A stretch of 64,000 nt of DNA, from positions 63,609-127,608 of the forward strand of contig JBALDB010000065.1 of NCBI GenBank assembly GCA_036918135.1. The letters are read 5' to 3'. The notes beneath the pieces are model-generated. The model was not told the DNA's origin. It ran no database searches and saw nothing but the letters and a program-made list of their open reading frames with translations. This DNA is from Nostoc sp. Lineage in GTDB: Bacteria; Cyanobacteriota; Cyanobacteriia; Cyanobacteriales; Nostocaceae. Positions 33,139 to 42,179 of this stretch are shown one piece after another; positions within the stretch are counted from its first letter, which is position 1, and every line of letters begins with the position of its first letter. The translations under genes and the position numbers were made by a program.

Positions 33139-33930
33139 ATGAAAATTTGGCAGGCTGATTTTTATCGTCGTCCATTACCAGATGCATCTGGACAAGTTTT
33201 CTGGGAGTTGTTGATTTGCGATCCAACTCGCAGCTTTGAATATGAAGCTACTTGTCTTCAGTCAGCAGCAAATTCTAATTGGGTTGCTACTCAACTTCAA
33301 CTAGCAGCTGGTGAAAAATTGCCGGATATAATTCAGGTGTTTCGTCCTCAGTCTTTGAGTTTAATTGAAGCGGCTGGACGCAATTTAAATATTAATGTCG
33401 AACCTACTCGCCGCACTTTCGCACTCAAACAGTGGTTACAGGAAAAGCAATATCCTTCAGTGCTGGATAAACCACCCCCCGCACCATTGCCAGAAAACCT
33501 CTGGGGAGAACAATGGCGTTTTGCGACACTCCAGGCTGGTGAACTCGTGGATGTGTTTGCACAACGCCCGATTCCCATTTTGCATATCCCAGAATATCTC
33601 AAACCAATCGATTTAGGTTTGGCGTCAACGCTAGCTGTTCCCGGTGTGGTAATTTATGGTGGACGGCGATCGATGTACTTAGCACGCTGGTTACAGCAAG
33701 CCCGTCCCATAGCATTGAACTACATTTCTGGTGCCCCGGATGGCTTAGTATTAGAAGCAGGCTTAGTAGATAGATGGATTGTTGCGACTTTTGAAGATCC
33801 AGAAGTTACAACAGCAGCCCAAGCATACGAACAACGTAAACAGCAAAGCCAAGGATTGCATTTTTTGTTAGTGCAGCCCGATGATTCTGGAATGACTTAC
33901 AGCGGCTTTTGGTTATTGCGAACAGAATGA
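33139..33930 (+). CDS. Tab2/Atab2-family RNA-binding protein
   Basis: WQADFYRRP, WELLICD, LWGEQWRF, GLHFLLVQPDDSGMTYSGFWLL. Confidence 0.88.
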   Translation: MKIWQADFYRRPLPDASGQVFWELLICDPTRSFEYEATCLQSAANSNWVATQLQLAAGEKLPDIIQVFRPQSLSLIEAAGRNLNINVEPTRRTFALKQWLQEKQYPSVLDKPPPAPLPENLWGEQWRFATLQAGELVDVFAQRPIPILHIPEYLKPIDLGLASTLAVPGVVIYGGRRSMYLARWLQQARPIALNYISGAPDGLVLEAGLVDRWIVATFEDPEVTTAAQAYEQRKQQSQGLHFLLVQPDDSGMTYSGFWLLRTE

Positions 33931-33960
33931 TTGATAAGAACTCGTAAAAATATTTGTCCG

Positions 33961-34100
33961 CCCGTCCACACGGGCAGTGAAGAAAATAAATCATTTTAGC
34001 AAGTTCCCAAGTGGGAACTTAGAGATGTACATTAATAACCCCAATGCTGTGACATTTTTCGCACTAGGTGCAGAGTATTACATCGACTTCACACAGGTAG
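33961..34100 (+). pseudogene. Remnant of a small phage-type hypothetical protein
   Basis: PVHTGSEENKSF* then frameshift into PSGNLEMYINNPNAVTFFALGAEYYIDFT; resembles a phage family recalled as ...ENxxFxxxTPSG...EYYVDF. Confidence 0.4.
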
Positions 34101-34223
34101 TGTCCGGGGATTGTTGCGAACTGTGTCCACCGTTTTTAAGAGTTCGCCTGTACCCTCAAAGGCTTTGAAATGGGTTTCTAGAGGAACAAGAACATGAGTA
34201 GCGGCTACAAGGGATAGATAACT

Positions 34224-34362
34224 TACAGCAGTTTGCAACTAAATAAGGTACACAGACAAGAATTTACAAATCAAATTATTCCTCTCCCTCCTGCCTCCAG
34301 CATAGCTGCCTCCTGCCTTAAAACCAGTGACTTTGTACCTCACGCAAAAGAAAACTGCTGTA
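34224..34362. mobile_element. TA-flanked MITE (IS630/Tc1-like ends)
   Basis: TACAGCAGTTT ... AAACTGCTGTA terminal inverted repeat plus internal aggtaca/tgtacct. Confidence 0.6.
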
Positions 34363-34532
34363 AATTATGAGCGCACAAATAGGAGAAGAACCTTTTGGTC
34401 TGACTGTTGTAGAATTACAAAAATTCAAAGTAATTATGGATACTGAAAAAGGTACATTGGCAATCACTTTTGTCCTTTGAATAGAATCAAAAGTTACTGA
34501 CAGACCCAGAATAAGCAAAGCAGGGTAAATCG

Positions 34533-34820
34533 ATGCAGCAATCTATTGAGCAATGCATTAAGGGTGTCATCAATAATCTTCTGCCAGCAACAGCTCTGCA
34601 AGGAAAATTCGGTTCCCCAAAAAATTTGTATAACCGATTAACACATTACCAAACACCAGGTATTAGTATTGCTGTCATTAATGATTTTGGAATCGAATGG
34701 GCGCGTGGATTTGGAGTATGCGAAGCTGGAACAACTCGTGAAGTCACGCCAAACACGTTATTTCAAGCAGCCTCAATCAGTAAACCTGTATTCGCTTTAG
34801 CCGCTTACGCGAACGCTTGA
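34533..34820 (+). pseudogene. Truncated serine hydrolase / beta-lactamase-family N-terminus
   Basis: PGISIAVI...GFG...TLFQAASISK (SxxK), ending abruptly in an SDR-like tail TACGCGAACG. Confidence 0.8.
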
Positions 34821-34933
34821 AAAATAGGGAAGCGATCGCTACTTCGTCTGTCACGAAGGAGCAATTTTCTTAAAGGATAGGTGCGATCGCTTCCACCGAT
34901 TTTCTCTGTTGAAAAACTAATGTCTCGATGTCA

Positions 34934-35187
34934 TTAACCCAGTACTATGTCGTTTGCTACATTGAATCCAGCAGGATTATTTTGGATTTGAATGAATGGG
35001 TTGTTTTGAAAAGATAAGATCCCATTTGCCAAATCATAAGTAAAATCACTTAAAGAGTATTGATTAAAGTAATTACCATAAACAAGGATTTGATCCTGTC
35101 CAACTTCAAAATCTCCGATACTGTCAAAAAGTAAGTTTTGATTTTGATTTAAGTCGGATATGCGATAAAAGAATACATCGTTGCCAG
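34934..35187 (-). pseudogene. C-terminal fragment of an RTX/calcium-binding secreted protein, truncated by an IS4 remnant
   Basis: PGNDVFFY...DSIGDFEVGQDQI pattern typical of RTX C-termini; 5' end abuts the transposase fragment. Confidence 0.5.
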
Positions 35188-35525
35188 GTGGAACGATACA
35201 GACTTGCCGCTGATGGGATGAAGGCACTTATTGGTTTCTTGAGCGTGATTGCGGTTGAACTGCTGCAATTGACTTATCTACACCGCACCCAGCCAACCAC
35301 CGATGCAGTTGTTGTTCTCAATTCTCTTCAACTTCAGGTTTTAAAAGCCAAATCAGCAAAACTACCCAAGCTGTTAACTGTTGGTTGGGCTGTGGAAGCG
35401 ATCGCTCGTTTAGGGGGTTACTTGGAACATCGACGTAATATACCTATTGATATCCAGGTATTGTGGCGAGGTTGGTTAAAATTGCATGACCTCTGTGAAG
35501 GTTGGCAGCTTGCAAAAGAGACGTT
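35188..35525 (+). mobile_element. IS4-family (IS50-like) transposase C-terminal remnant
   Basis: ERYRL...IARLGGYLEHRR...VLWRGW dimerisation-domain motif. Confidence 0.8.
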
Positions 35526-35563
35526 AACAGGAAAAGTCAGATCAAAAATAACCACTAAACATC

Positions 35564-36085
35564 ATGCAACAACTCACACTTTTCGCTGAATCCACCTCAG
35601 TTTTACCTATCACTTACTACCCCGATTTCTTAAGTTTTGAACAAGCCAATGAACTTTACCAACACTGTCTAAAACTGAAATGGTAGCAGAATCTTTCTCA
35701 GAATTGCGGGTAAAACAATGCTTATTCCTCGCCTAGAGTGCATTTATGAGGACTACAGATGTGATTACCTTTACTCCAACAGCGTGTTTTTGAAACCACT
35801 ATGTTGGACAGAAGCTCTGTTTAGATTACGCGACTCTATCACTGCACTTACTGGCTACAAGTTTCGCATTGTCATCGGAAATCAGTACCGCAGTGGCCAG
35901 GATTCGATTGGTTGGCACTCTGATAATGAACTATCGATGGGATCTAACCCTGCCATCGCATTGGTAAGCCTGGGGTCATGTCGCAAATTCCAAATCAAGC
36001 CCATCGGCGGCAGACCAACGGACTTCTGACTGGAACACGGCAGTTTACTCGTGATGCATCCCGGTTGTCAATCCACACATCTGCT
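35564..36085 (+). pseudogene. AlkB-family (ALKBH2/3-like) dioxygenase pseudogene
   Basis: MQQLTLF...YYPDFL...W* stop, frameshift, NQYRSGQDSIGWHSDNE...VSLG, *LEHGSLLVM; truncated. Confidence 0.8.
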
Positions 36086-36194
36086 GGGGCAATCACCATG
36101 AATCACCTCATCTCGGCCACCCGACGAGAGTACCAAAAAATGGGTAAGATAGTTTCGGAAGTAGAGTTTAACGACTCCTGACTTTTGACTTGAA

Positions 36195-36406
36195 AGAGCA
36201 GGGGAGGCAGGGGAGGCAGGGGGAGAAAGAGACTTTTATGCTTGGCGGTGAGGCAAGGCGGTCGGGGAGCCAGTGCGTTGCGGGGGTTCCCCCCGTTGTA
36301 GCAACTGGCATGGTTTGCCCCATGAGCGACTGCCGTTAGCGCAGCGTTAGCGACGTTTGCCTAGCGTCTCACGCCACTTGGGAGAAGGAGCGTCACCCCG
36401 AAGAGG
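36195..36406. repeat. Composite of GGGGAGGCA repeats and nested Nostoc small dispersed repeats
   Basis: gcaggggag x3; GCCAGTGCGTTGCGGGGGTTCCCCCCGTTGTAGCAACTGGC hairpin with relatives near 15035, 38993 and 45213. Confidence 0.65.
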
Positions 36407-36468
36407 TGAAACTTGTTTCATTGGGACTGTCTTCCTTTAATTAGTAAAAAAATAACTAATAAAGCTCA

Positions 36469-38775
36469 ATGCAACTTAAAATCCAATTCAATCCTTGTTA
36501 TTCTGTTAAAAGTATAGAAGCAGACAATGTATTTCTGTTATCAGAAAGAGAAAAAGTCTGGTTAAGCGATCGCATGTCTTGTAGTTTAGCTGCTTTAATC
36601 AATGGTGAGCGCAACGTTGACGAAATTATTGATGTCATTCAACAGTCGCTACTGCAAGACCCAAAATCTTTACACTCAGCTACCACCTTCTTCCAAGAAG
36701 TTCTCAATGTAAGTATTAAAGCCCAATATGCTTTATTACAAATGCAACAAAAGGGCTATCTTGTTCAAGAAGATAACTCTCTGCCATCGCACTTAGACAT
36801 CTTCTGCCATCATCTCAATATTGCTCCCACAGTAGCCCATCAAAGATTGCAATCGACTAAAGTAGCAGTAAAAACATTAGGCTCGGTTGCTGTATCTAAC
36901 TTAATTGCTGTGCTTGAGTCTCTCCAAATTAAAGTAGCAGACGAAGGTGATTTGACAGTAGTTTTAACCGATGATTATCTCAATCCTGAGCTAAATAAGT
37001 TCAATCAACAAGCCTTAAAATCCCAATCTCCTTGGATGCTGGTTAAGCCATTAGGGACAGTAGTCTGGATTGGCCCTTTATTTAATCCTCAGAAAACAGG
37101 TTGTTGGAATTGTTTAGCTCAACGTTTGCGAGATAATAGACCAATTGAAGAGTTTCTTCAAAGACAGAAGCACATTTCTTCCCCTTTAACTCCTCCTTTG
37201 GGATTTTTACCATCTACAGTACAAACTGCTTTAGGGATGGCAGCCACAGAGGTATTTAAGTGGATTGTCCAAGGGGAAAATCAACAATTAGAAAGCAATT
37301 TGCTCGCTTACGATGCGATCGCACTGCAAACTCAAAATCATAGCTGGGTGAAGCGTCCTCAATGTTCTAGCTGTGGAGAGATGGTAAATGGGTTAACCAA
37401 AAACCCCATACCTGTTGTTTTAGAACACCGCCAGAAAAGCTTTACTGTTGATGGAGGACACCGTATTTGTTCCCCACAAGAAACTCTCAGGAAATATCAA
37501 CATCATATTAGCCCCATTACTGGCGTTGTGCGAGAACTAAATAAAATTCCTGGGAATGGATTAACTCATAATTACATTGCCAAACATCATTTTCTCAGTG
37601 TTTTTGACGATGTAGCTAGTTTGCGCCAAAATTTGGGGGGTAGAAGTGCGGGCAAAGGTAGAACTGACTCTCAAGCGATGGCTAGTGGTTTTTGCGAAGC
37701 GATCGAGCGATATTCTGGGGTGTTTCAAGGGGATGAAATTAGAGAAAAAGGCAGTTACCAACAAATGGGGAACAAGGCGATCCATCCCAATGTTTGTATG
37801 AACTTCAGCCAACAGCAATATCAAAATAGAGAGCAATGGAATATTGAGTGTCAAGGCTGGTTTCAAAAAGTCCCTGAACCTTTTGATGAAGAAAGAGAAA
37901 TTGACTGGACTCCCGTTTGGTCTTTAACCCATCAGGAATTTAAGTATCTGCCAACGGCTTACTGTTATTATGGCTATCGACCGGACTATAAACCCGACTG
38001 TTGGGCTGATTCTAATGGATGTGCGGCGGGTAATACTCTTGAAGAAGCTATTCTGCAAGGGTTTATGGAGTTAGTAGAACGGGATGCTGTGGCGTTGTGG
38101 TGGTATAACTCCTTGCAAAAGGCGCAAGTAAATTTAGATAGTTTCGACGAGCCTTATTTTCAAAGCCTGAAGCAATATTATCAAACTCTTAATCGAGAAA
38201 TTTGGGTTTTAGATATTACCAGCGATCTGAATATTCCTGTGTTTGCAGCTGTTACTCGAAGAAGCGATCGCTCTGTAGAAGATATTGTTTTGGGTTATGG
38301 CGCTCATTTCGATGCCAAGATTGCTATTAGTCGAGCCTTGACTGAAGTTAACCAAATTTTACCCAACGTTTTATTTGCCAAAGCTGATGGAAGTACTCAA
38401 TATCCCCCGTCAGCAGATTGCTTGGCGATAGATTGGTGGAAAACTGCAACTTTAGCCAATCAAGCTTATTTAGTTCCCAGCGAGAGCATTGCTGCTAAAG
38501 TCAGTGGCGATTATCGCGAAATGGCGAGTGACGATTTACTTGAAGATGTCAAGCTCTGTCAACAAATCGTTGAGAACAATGATTTGGAAATGCTGGTTTT
38601 AAATCAGACTCGTCCCGATATTGGACTTCACGTTGCCAAGGTAATCGTTCCGGGAATGCGCCATATGTGGAAAAGGTTAGCACCTGGACGGCTTTATCAG
38701 GTTCCGGTGAAAATGGGTTGCTTGCAAGAACCACTGACAGAAGAGCAACTCAATTATTTTCCTATGTGGATGTGA
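36469..38775 (+). CDS. Fused RRE/E1-like (ocin-ThiF) + YcaO cyclodehydratase (TOMM-type)
   Basis: WIGPLF..GCWNC..RL, RPQCSSC, DGGHR, ISPITGVV, SAGKG...CEAIERYS, DSNGCAAGNTLEEAILQGFMELVERD, C-terminus NYFPMWM. Confidence 0.92.
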   Translation: MQLKIQFNPCYSVKSIEADNVFLLSEREKVWLSDRMSCSLAALINGERNVDEIIDVIQQSLLQDPKSLHSATTFFQEVLNVSIKAQYALLQMQQKGYLVQEDNSLPSHLDIFCHHLNIAPTVAHQRLQSTKVAVKTLGSVAVSNLIAVLESLQIKVADEGDLTVVLTDDYLNPELNKFNQQALKSQSPWMLVKPLGTVVWIGPLFNPQKTGCWNCLAQRLRDNRPIEEFLQRQKHISSPLTPPLGFLPSTVQTALGMAATEVFKWIVQGENQQLESNLLAYDAIALQTQNHSWVKRPQCSSCGEMVNGLTKNPIPVVLEHRQKSFTVDGGHRICSPQETLRKYQHHISPITGVVRELNKIPGNGLTHNYIAKHHFLSVFDDVASLRQNLGGRSAGKGRTDSQAMASGFCEAIERYSGVFQGDEIREKGSYQQMGNKAIHPNVCMNFSQQQYQNREQWNIECQGWFQKVPEPFDEEREIDWTPVWSLTHQEFKYLPTAYCYYGYRPDYKPDCWADSNGCAAGNTLEEAILQGFMELVERDAVALWWYNSLQKAQVNLDSFDEPYFQSLKQYYQTLNREIWVLDITSDLNIPVFAAVTRRSDRSVEDIVLGYGAHFDAKIAISRALTEVNQILPNVLFAKADGSTQYPPSADCLAIDWWKTATLANQAYLVPSESIAAKVSGDYREMASDDLLEDVKLCQQIVENNDLEMLVLNQTRPDIGLHVAKVIVPGMRHMWKRLAPGRLYQVPVKMGCLQEPLTEEQLNYFPMWM

Positions 38776-38799
38776 GGTTCTCCCTCCTGCATGATGTTA

Positions 38800-38872
38800 T
38801 TTTTCATGAGTTTTTCTATGAGTTCTGGGATGAGTTCTGTGAGTTTCACAGACTAAGAGAAAAACTAATATC
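38800..38872 (+). promoter_or_regulatory. Direct-repeat operator/promoter, copy 1
   Basis: ATGAG at 38806/38818/38830 and GTGAG at 38839, then TTTCACAGACTAAGAGAAAAACTAATAT; matches copy 2 at 58.5 kb. Confidence 0.6.
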
Positions 38873-38919
38873 AAAAGTAGTTCACTGCAATTGAAGCTCA
38901 CATTCCGCATTTTCATGTG

Positions 38920-39100
38920 TCACAACTTGAAGAAAAGAATAAAAGCTTTAGATCGCTTAATAACCATTTGGGTCGATGGTGGCTTTGATGGTGAGGTAGT
39001 GCGTTCCTGTCGCCTTGCGTCGGAAAGCAACTACCGAACCCGTAAGCGAGAACCGTTCATGCAGTGGGTAATGAATTTTTGCCGCTGGATTGTGGAGACA
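38920..39100 (+). mobile_element. IS5-family transposase remnant carrying an inserted ~57-bp small repeat
   Basis: TIWVDGGFDG[insert]EPFMQWVMNFCRWIV. Confidence 0.7.
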
Positions 39101-39244
39101 ATGCGTAAATCCTAAATCCAATCTCACTGCTACCAATTAAGAATCAGAAGGGTCAGTTAAAAACCTCTGATTTTCAGCCGTGAATAAACGAAACTACTGC
39201 TACCAATTAACTTCCTGTCAATTTACAAAGAGGAAAATTAAGTT

Positions 39245-39919
39245 ATGAATTCTGAAGTTGAAACTCTAGAAGAGATGAATTTAATTAAAGGTTATTGGGA
39301 TAAGACGTACTCTCCGAGTCACCCTTTCAACCACGCAACATTAGGCATTGCTTTTAGTGGATGGGCTAATCCAGATAAGGCTTTATCAGATAGTGCCGAA
39401 ATCAAAAACAGGTTGGTGGGTCATAAATACATTTCCTTAGGTGGAGGAGATTCTGATGGTAATGGTTCCTTCACCCAGCAAATTCTTCATTCCATTATTA
39501 CTCACATTAAAAATGGCAAATTCTCCGATTATAGGGGTATTGCTTTTGACATCGAACAGGGCGAAGCTCACCTAACCTCACATTTTGAACACGCTTTTGC
39601 TGCTGTCAAAAATAAAAATTTAAAAGTTTTGGTTACGACTAGCCACTCAGCCCCTTACGGAATTCCTGACGCACACACGATGATGAAAACCTTCTTCAGG
39701 AACGAGAATATAGACTATCTTTCTCCACAACTATACACCTCTGGAACGGAGACTGAAAACGACTTCCAAACAAGCCAGGGAATATCTTGGGAGGATTACG
39801 CACACAGTAAACCTGCTATAGTTCCGAGCATTGTACAAGCTAATATGTACCACGATGCAAAAAATCGATTCTCGAGACATGGAGTAAACACAAGGGGGTT
39901 TATTCAATGGGCAAACTAA
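39245..39919 (+). CDS. GH18-like (chitinase-fold) glycoside hydrolase, no signal peptide
   Basis: ISLGGG (SxGG), DYRGIAFDIE (DxxDxDxE-like), PQLY; RBS AGAGG. Confidence 0.55.
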   Translation: MNSEVETLEEMNLIKGYWDKTYSPSHPFNHATLGIAFSGWANPDKALSDSAEIKNRLVGHKYISLGGGDSDGNGSFTQQILHSIITHIKNGKFSDYRGIAFDIEQGEAHLTSHFEHAFAAVKNKNLKVLVTTSHSAPYGIPDAHTMMKTFFRNENIDYLSPQLYTSGTETENDFQTSQGISWEDYAHSKPAIVPSIVQANMYHDAKNRFSRHGVNTRGFIQWAN

Positions 39920-40356
39920 AGTTAAATAAAGGCATCCGTAAGCGGAAATTTTAAGGCGTAAGCCACTAACGAAACGCCTCGCAATAACGGACATCGCCGA
40001 AATATTCTCAGCCTCAATTATCGTGAAATTGGCATTGAGTATGCCTTCAACGATGCGTTTCAGGACGAATGGTACTAAGACTCATGTGAGACCTCGTCTG
40101 GCAGGGTGTTGAAAGTGGCGCAACGGGTGTAGTGTTAATCAACATTCATCTCTAACAGATGAAACAAAGGTTCTTTCTTCATTCCCCACACCTCACACAA
40201 AACACCTCAAAAGCAGTAATATCAATGATTTCTGCTTATCTTAGTGTCATTACGTCTCAGGACAAACACTACTAGACTGAGGATTTTAGTACACCTTCGT
40301 AAGTGTACTTTCAATTCAAAACATTCTACAAAACTCAAATTTCAAGGAAGAACATC

Positions 40357-41430
40357 ATGAAGTTTTCATTTACCAACAATACGAATCACAAATTCCCCTC
40401 AGATAAAATTCACTTTGTAATTACTGGTCTAAATGAATCGAACCAAACTTGTCACCTTAATAAAAACGGTCACTTAGTTCCATGTCATGTTAGCGATAAT
40501 AATGAACAAGGTCATCTAACTAAAAATGGACAGAATTATTCTAATTATTTACACACTATTAAGGAGGTTCCTGAAATAAAAGTCCCGCATATTCGTTCAG
40601 GTAGAGTTTATATTAGTCTCGGTTCACCGATGTACTTAAAAATTGCTGACAATAACACTATTGTTCAACCGAACACGGCTAATTCATCTGACCCCAATGT
40701 AGACGTTTACTTTGATTGGTTAGAGTTTACCTTTGATGATGCAGGCTTCCACGGCAATACTACTCAAGTAGACCAATTTGGATTTCCAATGGTGATGAAA
40801 TTAATCGCACCTAATGGTTCAAAACAAGTTGGTATAACTCAATCAAGGAGTGCTTTATTCGATAAATATGCTAGTAGTGTCCCAGCCCCATTTCAATCTT
40901 TGGTTCAGAAACCCTACAGAATAATATCGCCATTTAATGGGGATTTTCGTAAAGGTGGTAATCACGCAAAATACTTCGATGATTACATTCACGATGTGTG
41001 GCAACATTACAAGACAAATAAACTTGAACTGAAAATGCCACAGGGAACATTTATCGGAAAAGTAGAAGATAACGTTTTTACTTTTACCAAAACAGATTCA
41101 CCTAATGCAAAGTATAAAATACACTATCCAGAATCTCCGAATGTGTTTAAATGTGATGAAGAGTTTTCAAATGGTGATGAGATTCAAAAGGCAATTCAAG
41201 CTCAAGTTGCCGCCATGTTTAACAGGCACATAGTCAAAAATCCAGCAAATAAGTGTAAGCCTTCGGAATTCTATAAAAATGCTCCAGCTAATTTCTATGC
41301 TGAATTCTGGCATCATCATAGCATAGATAACAAAGCTTATGGATTCCCATTTGATGATGTGTGCGAGCAAAGTACTCTAATTGAACATCCAAATCCTCAA
41401 GAATTGAAGGTAAGTATTAGTTGGGATTGA
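40357..41430 (+). CDS. GH64 beta-1,3-glucanase, no signal peptide
   Basis: SGRVYISLG, DWLEFT, NTTQVDQFGFP, NFYAEFWH, AYGFPFDDV; ATG at 40357 with RBS. Confidence 0.88.
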   Translation: MKFSFTNNTNHKFPSDKIHFVITGLNESNQTCHLNKNGHLVPCHVSDNNEQGHLTKNGQNYSNYLHTIKEVPEIKVPHIRSGRVYISLGSPMYLKIADNNTIVQPNTANSSDPNVDVYFDWLEFTFDDAGFHGNTTQVDQFGFPMVMKLIAPNGSKQVGITQSRSALFDKYASSVPAPFQSLVQKPYRIISPFNGDFRKGGNHAKYFDDYIHDVWQHYKTNKLELKMPQGTFIGKVEDNVFTFTKTDSPNAKYKIHYPESPNVFKCDEEFSNGDEIQKAIQAQVAAMFNRHIVKNPANKCKPSEFYKNAPANFYAEFWHHHSIDNKAYGFPFDDVCEQSTLIEHPNPQELKVSISWD

Positions 41431-41542
41431 TAAGCGCATTTCTCAGTCCTGCAAGTGCGTAGTTTGCGACGAGTGCGATCGCCCAAAGTAGGTGAGAAAT
41501 CAGTGATGAGTTTGAGGGGAACATGAAGGGCGTGATAAGCGA

Positions 41543-41655
41543 GCGATTAGCCTTCTCTTCTCCTTCCCTTCTCCTTCAAAGACGCTAACGCGAACGGGAC
41601 ACCTCCGGTGAACGGAGACACTTCGTGAACGAGACGCTACGCGAACGGCTATCGC
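41543..41655. repeat. Nested small dispersed repeats within a HIP1-like frame
   Basis: GCGAT-TAGCC, four TTC(T/C)C heads, four ...GAACG tails, GGCTA-TCGC. Confidence 0.6.
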
Positions 41656-41713
41656 ACTATTTCAGCGTTATTCGTTTATACAACATCACTTCTGAGAGTA
41701 CGAGGAATTTCAA

Positions 41714-42109
41714 ATGATAATCCATCCAAGGAATGGCAATCCTATAATTGCTATGGTTCTAGTGACCCTTAGCACATTCAAAACTTCGGCTCTCATAGCA
41801 TCGTTTCGGAGTATCTCGCTATCTTTTGGTTCTGAAGGAGCGGCTAAAAAATTTTTTGAGGATGTTAGGAATATGGGCTGTACTAACTCAAATCTTGAAT
41901 CAAAAAATGTTGTTGTTATTCCTGACTTTGGTAGTAGCCAAAATGCTGCTGGGGCTATTTACCACGCGGTTAACTCTTACAAAGAGCGCTTAACTTCTGT
42001 CAACAAATTTGAGATAAATCCTTTCTCCGAAGAAGATAAGAACCTACTTAAAAACATTCAGCAGTACATAAAGGAACATTTTGGTTCCGATGCTATGACT
42101 GTGAAATAA
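41714..42109 (+). CDS. Hypothetical protein (131 aa)
   Basis: ATG with GAGG RBS, same strand as neighbours; no motif recognised. Confidence 0.55.
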   Translation: MIIHPRNGNPIIAMVLVTLSTFKTSALIASFRSISLSFGSEGAAKKFFEDVRNMGCTNSNLESKNVVVIPDFGSSQNAAGAIYHAVNSYKERLTSVNKFEINPFSEEDKNLLKNIQQYIKEHFGSDAMTVK

Positions 42110-42179
42110 AAGTTTAGTTTTTGATCGTACCTAAAGCCAAAAAATTAAACTCTGACATTGTAAATCAAGAGGTGATTTC

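Noticed and set aside
39985..40055. CAP/SCP-domain-like fragment GHRRNILSLNYREIGIEY
   Set aside because: Only about 20 codons with no ORF context; probably debris, too short to call.
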